From NCBI GenBank assembly GCA_035627515.1, contig DASPLQ010000012.1:1098331-1162330 (forward strand): a DNA stretch of 64,000 nucleotides, written 5' to 3'. Both the position numbers and the translations under genes were made by a program. The notes under the pieces are model-generated. The model was given only the letters and a program-made list of their open reading frames with translations. It had not been told where the DNA came from and ran no database searches. This document shows positions 54,883-64,000 of the stretch, one piece after another (position 1 is the stretch's first letter; each line of letters opens with the position of its first letter). This DNA comes from Vitreimonas sp. Lineage in GTDB: Bacteria > Patescibacteriota > Microgenomatia > UBA1400 > PJMF01.

Positions 54883-55788
54883 ATGACTCATTACGATTTA
54901 GTTGCCAGCAACAAACGTAAATCACTCTATGTGGTGACCTTGTTTATTGCCTTTATTGTTGGGGCAACATACCTAATGGTGACTGGACTTGGTTATAGTT
55001 TAGACATTGTGGGGATAGCCCTGATTATTTCCGGCCTCACGTCTTTTGCATCCTATTGGTGGTCAGACTCTATTATTTTAGCTATCAGTGGCGCTCGCCC
55101 GGCTACTCGTAATGAGTTTTTTGACTTTTATACAGTGACTGAAAACTTAGCCATGTCGCAGCGAATGCCGATGCCTAAGTTATACGTCATCGATGATACC
55201 GCTATGAACGCTTTTGCCACTGGCCGCGACCCTGAGCACGCGGTGGTGTGTGCCACGACTGGAATCTTGTCACGGTTAACGAGAGCTGAGTTGGAAGGCG
55301 TGGTGGCACATGAACTGTCACACATTCAAAACTATGACATTCGTTTAATGTCGATTGTGACCGTCCTGGTGGGGTTCATAGCCTTGATGGCGGACTGGAT
55401 GTTGCGAATGACAGCGTGGGGCGGCTCTCGCAAGCGAGATGACAATGGTGGTGGTCAACTCCAGATCCTTTTCTTTATTGCGGGGCTGACATTAGCTATT
55501 TTGTCCCCCTTGGTGGCGCAGTTAATTCAGTTAGCTATTTCTCGTCGGCGAGAGTTTCTGGCTGATGCCACTGGTGCCAGCATGACTAAAAACCCTGAAG
55601 GTTTAGCACGCGCGTTAGAAAAAATTAGTCATGATCACGAACCTTTGGAAGCAGCTAATAAAGCAACCGCTCATCTTTATATTGCTAATCCCTTAAAAAA
55701 TGTCCATGGCGGCATCGGCATGTTTGCCAGTTTATTTGCCACACATCCACCCGTGGCGGAGCGATTGAAAGCGTTGAGAGGGAAATAA
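54883..55788 (+). CDS. htpX: Zinc metalloprotease HtpX (M48)
   Basis: NAFATG, HELSH, SRRREFLAD, THPP. Confidence 0.95.
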   Translation: MTHYDLVASNKRKSLYVVTLFIAFIVGATYLMVTGLGYSLDIVGIALIISGLTSFASYWWSDSIILAISGARPATRNEFFDFYTVTENLAMSQRMPMPKLYVIDDTAMNAFATGRDPEHAVVCATTGILSRLTRAELEGVVAHELSHIQNYDIRLMSIVTVLVGFIALMADWMLRMTAWGGSRKRDDNGGGQLQILFFIAGLTLAILSPLVAQLIQLAISRRREFLADATGASMTKNPEGLARALEKISHDHEPLEAANKATAHLYIANPLKNVHGGIGMFASLFATHPPVAERLKALRGK

Positions 55789-55836
55789 ATTCAATCTGTA
55801 CAAACAATGCTAACCAGCTAAAATATTTTACTTCTT

Positions 55837-56145
55837 ATGTCGAGTCATATTACCAAACAACAAGTTCAACACGTCGCTCAATTAGCCAATATTCCTCTTT
55901 CTGATGAAGAAGCAGCCAACTTTGCCAAAGCTTTTGATGAAACCTTAGACGTCATTGATGAGCTAAAGGCTGTAGACGTGACAGGTGTGGAACCTACTAG
56001 TCAGGTGACTGGCTTAGAAAATGTGTTTCGCGATGACGTGGTCAATAATGAGACAATGTTTAGCCAAACTCAAGCCTTAGCTAATGCCAAACAAACCCAC
56101 GATGGTTTTATTGTGGTACCACAGGTGATTGATCAGGGAGATTAA
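55837..56145 (+). CDS. gatC: Asp/Glu-tRNA amidotransferase subunit C
   Basis: VQHVAQLA, VDVTGVEPT, NVFRDD, VPQV. Confidence 0.93.
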   Translation: MSSHITKQQVQHVAQLANIPLSDEEAANFAKAFDETLDVIDELKAVDVTGVEPTSQVTGLENVFRDDVVNNETMFSQTQALANAKQTHDGFIVVPQVIDQGD

Positions 56146-56146
56146 T

Positions 56147-57526
56147 ATGTTGAATACCTTAACGTTAACTGATGCCTTAGCAAAAATTGCTGCCAAAGAA
56201 GTCACCGCGCAAGAAATTATTGATGATGTGCTAAAAGTTGTGGCTGAGAAAAACCCAGCTTTAAATGCCTATTTAACCCTCAATGACCAAGACTTAGCAA
56301 CAGCTCTCCCTAACGCCAGTAAACTACCATTAAAAGGTGTGCCTATTTCAGTCAAAGATAACTTTAGTACGCAAGGTTTGCGAACAACTGCCTCTTCTAC
56401 AGTATTGGACAGTTTTATCCCACCCTATGACGCAACAGTGGTTAAGAAGTTAAAAGCGGCGGGAGGATATGTAGTTGCCAAAGCCAACCTGGACGCCTGG
56501 GCACATGGTTCATCAACTGAAACTTCACAGTATGGCCGTAGTCTTAATCCACGTAATACTAATTATTTACCCGGTGGTTCGTCAGGTGGCAGCGCAGCTG
56601 CAGTAGCTGCCGATATGTGCTTAGCCAGCATTGGTTCAGAAACAGCCGGCTCGATTCGTCAGCCAGCGGCATGGTGCGGAACAGTTGGTTTGAAGCCGAC
56701 GTATGGCCGTGTTAGTCGCTTTGGTGTGGTCGCCATGGCATCATCTACCGACAGCCCAGGTCCTATCACCAAAACAGTGGCAGACGCTGCGTTACTCCTT
56801 AACCACATTGCCGGTCATGATGATCGTGATGGCACCACTACTACTCAGCCTGTGCCAGATTTCACCCAAGCTCTCAATAAAGATATTAAAGGCTTAAAAG
56901 TCGGAGTGGTTTATTTTGATATCGAGGGTTTGGAAGGTGTAAAGAAGTACTATGAGCCAGCCTTAAAAGTTCTGGAAAATTTAGGTGCTGAAATAGAATA
57001 TACAACAGCCCTTGATCCACATCATGCTATTAGTGTGTACACTGTAGTTCAGCGTGGCGAAGTCAGTAGTAATTTAGGTCGCTATGATGGTATCCGATAT
57101 GGGAATGATCGTTCATTTTTGGGCGCTGAGGCTAAACGCCGGATTATGTTAGGCACGTACACACTGTCTAAAGGGTATGCTGATAAATATTACTTGTTGG
57201 CTCAGAAAGTCCGGACGTTGTTTATGGAAGATTTCCATCGCCTGTTTGCTAAATATGATGTCGTAATTTCACCTACCTCACCTGGGTTTGCGAAGAAGAT
57301 TGGCGCCACCGAGGGTGCGGCCATGTTTGGTGAGTTAGAGGATATGTTATTGGAACCGACCTCGATTACAGGTTTCCCTGGTATCAATATTCCTTGTTAT
57401 CGTGATCCCGAGACTAATTTATTTTTGGGTCTCAATATCGTGGCTAATATGTGGCGGGAAGATGTAATGATTCAGGTCGCAGATGCCTTTGAAAAGGCGA
57501 CTAACTGGAATACTTGGCGCCATTAA
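56147..57526 (+). CDS. gatA: Asp/Glu-tRNA amidotransferase subunit A
   Basis: Amidase signature PGGSSGGSAAAVA, GSIRQPA, SSNLGRYDGIRYG. Confidence 0.96.
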   Translation: MLNTLTLTDALAKIAAKEVTAQEIIDDVLKVVAEKNPALNAYLTLNDQDLATALPNASKLPLKGVPISVKDNFSTQGLRTTASSTVLDSFIPPYDATVVKKLKAAGGYVVAKANLDAWAHGSSTETSQYGRSLNPRNTNYLPGGSSGGSAAAVAADMCLASIGSETAGSIRQPAAWCGTVGLKPTYGRVSRFGVVAMASSTDSPGPITKTVADAALLLNHIAGHDDRDGTTTTQPVPDFTQALNKDIKGLKVGVVYFDIEGLEGVKKYYEPALKVLENLGAEIEYTTALDPHHAISVYTVVQRGEVSSNLGRYDGIRYGNDRSFLGAEAKRRIMLGTYTLSKGYADKYYLLAQKVRTLFMEDFHRLFAKYDVVISPTSPGFAKKIGATEGAAMFGELEDMLLEPTSITGFPGINIPCYRDPETNLFLGLNIVANMWREDVMIQVADAFEKATNWNTWRH

Positions 57527-57551
57527 CTCCTAAACTCTGATCTCTTGCTAA

Positions 57552-57989
57552 TTGCCTCTAGAACCAGTAATCTTAATGATAATGGTAGATTTTTCGCCCG
57601 GTGAACTAGCGCGTTTTCAAAAAGTTATCACAGATTTTCTGCATGTGATCTTAAAAATTGTGGGGCATACTGGTGACGAGCTCGATGAGAGTGTTCAGGA
57701 GCTGCAAAACTTTATTTTCACGACTGCACTCTCTTACGCATTGATGAAAAAACCCAAAGAAGAACGTGACCAGTTGTTAGCTCAAATTAAAACAGTCACC
57801 ACACCTCAGGGTATGGGTGAAGTTTTAAGTGGTCAATTTACCTTTGAGCAAATGGAGGCATCCTTCAAAGAAGCTGCCACTGACGTCTTGGAAAGCTATT
57901 TCCAGGAAATCACAGCTGAGTTGACTCAAGATCAAAAAAACCAGTTAATCAACTTTGCTCAGCAAGTTAAGGAATTGAAGTTTTCATGA
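57552..57989 (+). CDS. Hypothetical helical protein
   Basis: ORF present; true start probably a later ATG. Confidence 0.55.
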   Translation: MPLEPVILMIMVDFSPGELARFQKVITDFLHVILKIVGHTGDELDESVQELQNFIFTTALSYALMKKPKEERDQLLAQIKTVTTPQGMGEVLSGQFTFEQMEASFKEAATDVLESYFQEITAELTQDQKNQLINFAQQVKELKFS

Positions 57990-58840
57990 TTAATGAAGTA
58001 AATCGCCAACCAGTCACACAAGAACATGAGTCAACTGAATCAGGGTTTCTTGGGCAGCTGTCGGGCAAAATAGCAGAGCGTTTTGGCCTTTTAGCCCCTG
58101 AAGTGATGGGTATAGTAAGTGCCTTAGTAATAAAAAATACTGAGTTTCAAGAATTTAACTCCGAAGCTATGGCATATGTGGTGTTAGGTCTCTTTACTTT
58201 GGCAAGTGTGCAATATGCAGAGATTAAAGCAGGGAGGGAGAAAGATGATCTGAGTTTTAAAGATTATGCTTTTCGCATGGTTACAGCTTTGGGTGCAGCT
58301 GTTTTTACTGCTGTTGGGGGCTTAGAATTTACTGCTAATCAAGTCAGCACAGCTATTCCCAATATTTCTAACCAAGATTTGCGTGAACTTGCAGCACAAA
58401 TTCCGCGACCTAATTTAGAAGTATTAAAAAATATAGACTTACCTTCATTATCAGATTTGCCTAGTCCTGACATCACTCCCAGTCGTGAACAATTAGCTAA
58501 AGTAGCCGAGTATATTTACAACGCCAAAGTCCCTTTACTTAGCTTAACAGGGCTTTCGTTCCTTGGATACAATATGCAGGAGGATAAGCCTATAGGCAAA
58601 GTAGCTCGAGCTGCTTGGAGGGGAACTAAAGCTGTAGGGAGAGGAATGGGAACAGTTACTAAAACTGGGTTAGGTATTGCAGGATCTGTGATAAATACTG
58701 GAATTGAAGGAGCTAAAGCAGTCCATAGTGGGTATAAACGGAGTAAGGAAGCAATTAAATCATTAAAGAATTTGCGAGTAAGAGTCGAGTGGAAAAACGA
58801 CAATGATCAAGCAATAGACCTTAATCGGTGGAGCAGATAG
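57986..58840 (+). CDS. Hypothetical membrane protein
   Basis: Several hydrophobic segments; ATGA-coupled. Confidence 0.55.
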   Translation: MINEVNRQPVTQEHESTESGFLGQLSGKIAERFGLLAPEVMGIVSALVIKNTEFQEFNSEAMAYVVLGLFTLASVQYAEIKAGREKDDLSFKDYAFRMVTALGAAVFTAVGGLEFTANQVSTAIPNISNQDLRELAAQIPRPNLEVLKNIDLPSLSDLPSPDITPSREQLAKVAEYIYNAKVPLLSLTGLSFLGYNMQEDKPIGKVARAAWRGTKAVGRGMGTVTKTGLGIAGSVINTGIEGAKAVHSGYKRSKEAIKSLKNLRVRVEWKNDNDQAIDLNRWSR

Positions 58841-59295
58841 TTGAGTCGTTGGGTTTTTCTACGATTATTTTTGATAACCAACAGGTTATAAAAAATAAAT
58901 GCCAAGCCAACTGCTGGCATAACATAACTTATTCCTATTTTTGCAGCATCAATTAAATAAGTTCTTGGTTTATTAAGTTCTTCACTAGTTAAGTTTTTTG
59001 AAACAAAAGGGTTGAGCTCATGAATGGGAATTTCTTCAACTTCATGTTTGTCTTTAAGTTCTTTTATTGCTTTAATGACTTCATGAGTGGAGATGCGATC
59101 CAGTATAGCTACTAGACCCACTAACCCTGAGCTTATGAGCGGTAAGTAAGCATCAATTTCATCAAGATGAGTAATAATTTGGGTATCTAGCAAGATATAG
59201 GCCATAACAGCTGCAATCAAATTAGCACTCGTTTCATACCACTGTGTAGGTATTTCTTCTTTAGCTTGCTGGTAAAGTTCAGATCCATCGATCAT
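58807..59295 (-). CDS. Hypothetical membrane protein
   Basis: Three hydrophobic segments. Confidence 0.55.
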   Translation of the reverse strand: MIDGSELYQQAKEEIPTQWYETSANLIAAVMAYILLDTQIITHLDEIDAYLPLISSGLVGLVAILDRISTHEVIKAIKELKDKHEVEEIPIHELNPFVSKNLTSEELNKPRTYLIDAAKIGISYVMPAVGLAFIFYNLLVIKNNRRKTQRLNYLLHRLRSIA

Positions 59296-59346
59296 AGTTT
59301 TCAGATTGTGTCCGTTAAATAATTGACTATAATAAGGTGTGATTTT

Positions 59347-60702
59347 ATGAACAGCAATTATACCTCATCTGGCAATTTTTCCTTGGTTTGTGGCTTAGAA
59401 GTCCACGCGGAACTGAAAACAGAGACTAAAATGTTCTGTGGGTGTAAGAATGATCCCTTTTTTGCTCCAGGGCCAAATACGTATACGTGTCCGGTGTGTT
59501 TAGGTATGCCAGGGGCATTGCCAGTGGCCAATAAAAAGGCTATTGAGTGGACCATTCGCTTGGGGTTGGCACTGGGCTGTAAGATTAATTTATTTTCTAA
59601 ATTTGATCGCAAACATTATTTTTATCCTGATTTACCCAAAGGGTACCAAATTAGTCAGTATGACTTGCCTTTTTGTTATGAAGGACTGTTAGAGACATCT
59701 TTTGGGCCTGTCCGTATTCGTCGCATTCATTTAGAAGAAGATACGGGAAAACTGCAACACAAAACAGTAGAGGGACAAAAAGTCAGTTTAATAGATTTTA
59801 ATCGCAGTAGCGTGCCACTCATAGAAATTGTGACTGAGCCAGATATCAAATCTCCTGAACAAGCTAAGGAATATGGTAAGAAACTCCGTCAATTACTGCG
59901 CTACCTGGATATTGCTGATTGTGACATGGAACAAGGTGGCATGCGGTTGGAGGCAAATATCTCGGTTCGGACTGCTGAACAAGCTGAAAAGGATGAGTTG
60001 CCTACCTACAAAGTAGAAGTCAAAAACATTAATTCTTTCCGGTTTATGGAACAAGCCATTGGCTTCGAAATTCAACGCCAATCACTAGTACTCATGGACG
60101 GTGAGACTCCCAAGCAAGAAACTCGTGGCTGGAACAGTAGTAATAACACCACTTTCCCGCAACGAACTAAAGAAGACGCCGAAGATTATCGATACTTCCC
60201 AGATCCAGATTTACCGCCCATTAGATTCACCCAAAAACAAATCGATGAGTTGAGCAAACAGAATCCTGAGTTACCAGAAAAGGTTGTTAGCCGCTGGCAA
60301 AAAGAATATAAAGTGGAACCACGCTTTGGGGAAGCGTTAGTCGATTCAGTGCAAAGTGTGTTTTTTTATGATGAATTATTTTCCTTAGCTCTCGAAAATA
60401 AACTTGATGCTAATAAAGTAGCCTCCGCTATCATCAATAAAAAAACCAAGGTGGTCGAAGGGGATGTCAAACTCACCCTGAGTGACTTCCAACAACAAAA
60501 TCAAACTGATTTAATTGATGAAAGCGTAGTGATGACTCTTATTTCGGAACTTAAAACTGAGTTCCCGGCTGAAACAACCCGTTTCCAGCAAGGTGAAGAA
60601 AAGTTACTCAACTTCTTTTTTGGTCAGTTAATGAAGAAATTGGGTAAAAAAGTAGATGCCGGGCAGTTGCGAGCATTATTAATGACCGAACTCAAGTCCT
60701 AG
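59347..60702 (+). CDS. gatB: Asp/Glu-tRNA amidotransferase subunit B
   Basis: GLEVHAEL, FDRKHYFYPDLPKGYQISQY, HLEEDTGK, DYRYFPDPDL. Confidence 0.96.
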   Translation: MNSNYTSSGNFSLVCGLEVHAELKTETKMFCGCKNDPFFAPGPNTYTCPVCLGMPGALPVANKKAIEWTIRLGLALGCKINLFSKFDRKHYFYPDLPKGYQISQYDLPFCYEGLLETSFGPVRIRRIHLEEDTGKLQHKTVEGQKVSLIDFNRSSVPLIEIVTEPDIKSPEQAKEYGKKLRQLLRYLDIADCDMEQGGMRLEANISVRTAEQAEKDELPTYKVEVKNINSFRFMEQAIGFEIQRQSLVLMDGETPKQETRGWNSSNNTTFPQRTKEDAEDYRYFPDPDLPPIRFTQKQIDELSKQNPELPEKVVSRWQKEYKVEPRFGEALVDSVQSVFFYDELFSLALENKLDANKVASAIINKKTKVVEGDVKLTLSDFQQQNQTDLIDESVVMTLISELKTEFPAETTRFQQGEEKLLNFFFGQLMKKLGKKVDAGQLRALLMTELKS

Positions 60703-60743
60703 CGATTCCCTTCGGTAAATCTTCCTGTTAGACTAATACCATC

Positions 60744-63700
60744 ATGGCTGCTGATTTTGTTCATCTTCACGTCCACACCGAGTTTTCGATGCTCGATGGT
60801 CTGACGCGTATCCCACAACTAGTGGAAAAAGCCAAAGAGCTTAAACAACCAGCGATTGCTATTACTGATCATGGGGGTATGTACGGGGCAATTCACTTTT
60901 ACAACGCCTGCAAAAAAGCCGAGCTTAAGCCAATTATTGGTGTAGAAGCCTATGTAGCAGCAAACTCTCGATTTGATAAGCAAGTCAAGATGGGTGGGGA
61001 TCAGTTCCACATGACTTTATTGGCTCAAACCACGGAGGGATATAAAAACCTGATGAGATTAGTTTCGATTGCTAACATCGAAGGATTCTCATACAAGCCG
61101 CGGATTGATAACGATTTACTCGAAAAATATAACGAAGGCCTCATCGCTACCAGCGGCTGTATGTCCAGCATTATTAATCGCTTATTACTAAGCGGTAAAC
61201 GCGAAGAGGCTATTAAAAAACTCATTTATTATAAAGAACTGTTTAAAGATCGTTTTTATATCGAACTACAAAACCATCCACATATTGGTGAGCTCAAAGA
61301 ATTAAATAAAGAATTAATTACTCTAGCTCGAGAATATGAACTGCCTATCGTAGCTACCAACGATGTCCATTACCTCAACCCAGATGATGCAGAGGCTCAA
61401 GATGCACTACTGTGTGTGCAAACTCGCAAATTGATTGCCGACGAAAAACGGATGTCGATGATGAACTCACCTGATTTTTATTTACGTTCTGGTAAAGAAA
61501 TGGCCGAGCTCTTTCATGATCTGCCGGAAGCTCTCAAAAATACAATGGTGATTGCCGAACAATGTAATGTAGAAATTCAAACTGGTAAGCTTAACTTTCC
61601 TAAGTTTCCATTACCGAGTGGTGAAACTGAAAGTTCATACTTTGAAAAGTTAGCTCGGGAAGGCTTACACAAAAAGTTTACTGAAATTACTCCTGAAATT
61701 GAAAATCGTCTTAAATATGAGATGGAAGTCATTAATCAAAAAGGGTATGCGGCTTACTTTTTAATTACCCAAGACTTTGTCAATTGGGCCAAAAACAATG
61801 GCATTGGAGTCGGGCCAGGTCGTGGGTCAGCGGCGGGGTCATTAGTATCATATGTGCTCAATATCACCACCATGAACCCTTTTCAACATGGCTTGCCGTT
61901 TGAGCGGTTTTTAAATCCTCAACGACCAACTCCACCCGACATTGATATGGACTTTGCTGATGATCGTCGTGATGAGGTTTTAAGCTACGTCGCAGACAAG
62001 TATGGTGCTGACCACGTTGCTCAAATCATTACTTTTGGAAGAATGGAAGCTCGGGTCTCGATTCGTGACATTGGTCGGGTACTGGGTTTGCCCTATGAAG
62101 ATCCAGATAAAATAGCCAAGTTAATTCCTAATGATCCAGGACATAAGACCTCCCTCGAAACTGCCGTAAATACCGTGCCTGAGCTAGCTGAGTATTACAA
62201 GCAACCTAAATTTAAAAAACTCATTAATTTAGCTAAAAAAGTAGAGGGCGTAGTCAGGCACAACTCTGTCCACGCCGCTGCAGTAGTCATCGCTGACAAA
62301 CCTCTCACCGAATACACACCAATTCAAAAAGATACTAAATCTGGTAAAACTATCACCCAATATGACATGTACGTTTTAGACTGTAATGTTTCTGACGATG
62401 CGATTGGGTTATTGAAGTTTGACTTTTTAGGTCTTCGTAATTTGTCTATTATCCAACGCGCGCTTCAATTAATTAAAGCGACCAAAAACATTGATTTAGA
62501 TTTAGACAGCTTACCCCTTGATGATGCTAATACTTACGAGTTGCTCTCGAGTGGTGAAACCATGGGTGTCTTCCAACTTGAGTCTGCTGGCATGAGACGG
62601 GTTGCTCGCAGTTTACGTCCTAATCAGTTTTCTGACATCACCGCTATGGTAGCCCTTTACCGGCCTGGTCCTATGGATCTGATTCCTAAGTTTATTGAAG
62701 GCAAGCACAAACCTGAAAGTGTGGTCTATCCTCATCCTTCGCTGGAGCCAGTACTGAAAGAAACCTACGGCATCATGGTCTACCAAGAGCAGATTCTGCA
62801 GATCGCTAATCTGATGGCTGGCTATTCCTTAGGTGAAGCCGATATTTTACGCCGGGCCATTGGTAAAAAGAAAAAGAAGTTACTGGACGAAAATAAAAAA
62901 CGCTTCATCGAACAATCAGTGGAAAAAGGGTATACCAAAGAAGTTGCCAGCCAGGTCTGGGGCTTCATTGAAGCCTTTGCTAACTATGGCTTTAACAAGG
63001 CACATGCTGCCAGTTATGCCATGATTTCATACCAAACAGCCTACCTCAAAGCAAACTACACTATCGAATACATGACAGCCTTACTGAGTGTTGAATCCGC
63101 TTCTCATGCTATGAACAGAGATGAAAAAGTTTCTATTGGCGTGGAAACCTGCAAAAAGTTGGGCATTCAAGTCTTGCGCCCTGATATCAATTTATCGACT
63201 CAAGATTTTACGATCGAAGCATTAGAAAGCTCTTTAAATGGCTTAGCTGTTCGCTTTGGTTTTTCTGCGATTAAAAATGTGGGCACGGCCGCGATGGAAA
63301 ATATTGTCAGCACCCGACAAAGAATCGGCAAATTTGAGTCATTAACTCAATTTATTACTGAAACTGACGGCCGGAAGGTCAACAAAAAAGTCCTGGAGTG
63401 TTTAATCAAAGTCGGAGCAATGGATGATTTTGGTACACGAGCCAGTATGTTGGAAAATCTCGAGACTATTCGTCAGCAAGCAGCCCAATTTGAATCTGAT
63501 GTAGATGGTCAAGATCATTTATTTTCTGGCGTGGCTACTACTACCAAGACCCAGCAAGATACTTTTCCCACGCTTCCCGAGTATCCCCGTCAAGAGTTAC
63601 TGTCATTCGAAAAAGAACTATTGGGCATGTATCTTACTGAACACCCTATGGCCAAAGCTCTGCAAGCAGTCTCTAAGCAAGCCAACAAAACCATTAGTGA

Positions 63701-64000
63701 ACTAGATGGCAGCATTCACGCCAATCACATTTTCCAGTTTGGGGGAGTGATTACCAAATTACGACAAGTGTTAACTAAGAAAAATAACTCTGAAATGGCT
63801 TTTGGGACCCTGGAAGACCCGACAGGTTCACTGGAGTTTGTAGTTTTTCCCAAAGCCTATGAACAATATAAACCTTTACTCAAAACTGATACGGTCGTAC
63901 TCATCAAAGGCAAAGTGGAAGTCCGTGAGGAGGAAGTGTGTTTGACAGTTGATAAAGTCAGCGTTCCGAGTGAACTAGAACTCAACCATACTGCTTCTGC
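60744..64000 (+). CDS. dnaE: DNA polymerase III alpha subunit (cut by window end; absent from ORF track)
   Basis: Hand-read MAADFVHLHVHTEFSMLDG; later GPGRGSAAGS, FERFLNP, PDIDMD, KFDFLGL, YGFNKAHA. Confidence 0.96.
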   Translation, partial: MAADFVHLHVHTEFSMLDGLTRIPQLVEKAKELKQPAIAITDHGGMYGAIHFYNACKKAELKPIIGVEAYVAANSRFDKQVKMGGDQFHMTLLAQTTEGYKNLMRLVSIANIEGFSYKPRIDNDLLEKYNEGLIATSGCMSSIINRLLLSGKREEAIKKLIYYKELFKDRFYIELQNHPHIGELKELNKELITLAREYELPIVATNDVHYLNPDDAEAQDALLCVQTRKLIADEKRMSMMNSPDFYLRSGKEMAELFHDLPEALKNTMVIAEQCNVEIQTGKLNFPKFPLPSGETESSYFEKLAREGLHKKFTEITPEIENRLKYEMEVINQKGYAAYFLITQDFVNWAKNNGIGVGPGRGSAAGSLVSYVLNITTMNPFQHGLPFERFLNPQRPTPPDIDMDFADDRRDEVLSYVADKYGADHVAQIITFGRMEARVSIRDIGRVLGLPYEDPDKIAKLIPNDPGHKTSLETAVNTVPELAEYYKQPKFKKLINLAKKVEGVVRHNSVHAAAVVIADKPLTEYTPIQKDTKSGKTITQYDMYVLDCNVSDDAIGLLKFDFLGLRNLSIIQRALQLIKATKNIDLDLDSLPLDDANTYELLSSGETMGVFQLESAGMRRVARSLRPNQFSDITAMVALYRPGPMDLIPKFIEGKHKPESVVYPHPSLEPVLKETYGIMVYQEQILQIANLMAGYSLGEADILRRAIGKKKKKLLDENKKRFIEQSVEKGYTKEVASQVWGFIEAFANYGFNKAHAASYAMISYQTAYLKANYTIEYMTALLSVESASHAMNRDEKVSIGVETCKKLGIQVLRPDINLSTQDFTIEALESSLNGLAVRFGFSAIKNVGTAAMENIVSTRQRIGKFESLTQFITETDGRKVNKKVLECLIKVGAMDDFGTRASMLENLETIRQQAAQFESDVDGQDHLFSGVATTTKTQQDTFPTLPEYPRQELLSFEKELLGMYLTEHPMAKALQAVSKQANKTISELDGSIHANHIFQFGGVITKLRQVLTKKNNSEMAFGTLEDPTGSLEFVVFPKAYEQYKPLLKTDTVVLIKGKVEVREEEVCLTVDKVSVPSELELNHTAS

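Noticed and set aside
60819-63705. Short ORFs listed at the right end
   Set aside because: All lie within the dnaE gene, which the track missed because its stop is beyond the window
1-64000. Stop-codon reassignment (code 25 or 15) in phage or host
   Set aside because: Genes are full length under code 11, and TGA and TAG end genes at expected positions

Overview
The window has two parts. Positions 1-~31,120 are the right-hand end of an apparently intact siphovirus-type prophage, nearly all on the + strand. It carries terminase, portal, minor head, scaffold and major capsid genes, then a 7-kb block of six glycosyltransferase-like genes plus a SAM methyltransferase directly behind the capsid gene. 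Next come a fibre module with a 28 x 14-aa repeat protein, neck and tail genes (a Mu Com-like zinc finger, a -1 frameshifted tail chaperone, a lipoprotein), tape measure, a His-rich triplicated tail fibre, holins, an M23 endolysin, a MazG-like gene and a tyrosine integrase whose start abuts a dif-like 28-bp site. Positions ~31,200-64,000 are host chromosome: T-box + ileS, rodA, rplU-methyltransferase-rpmA, parB, lepB, a surface-glycan locus, tRNA-Thr/Gly/Asp, polX, lemA-htpX, gatCA..gatB and dnaE (cut by the window end). Gene content and style, including many near-leaderless starts after -10 boxes, suggest a Patescibacteria/CPR (Microgenomates-like) host using code 11; this is inference. Main leads: a possible virion glycosylation and filament system, two fibres built as single-chain triplications, and an ultrashort-Stem-I ileS T-box coupled to an intrinsic terminator. 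All family calls come from motifs read by eye; no searches were run.
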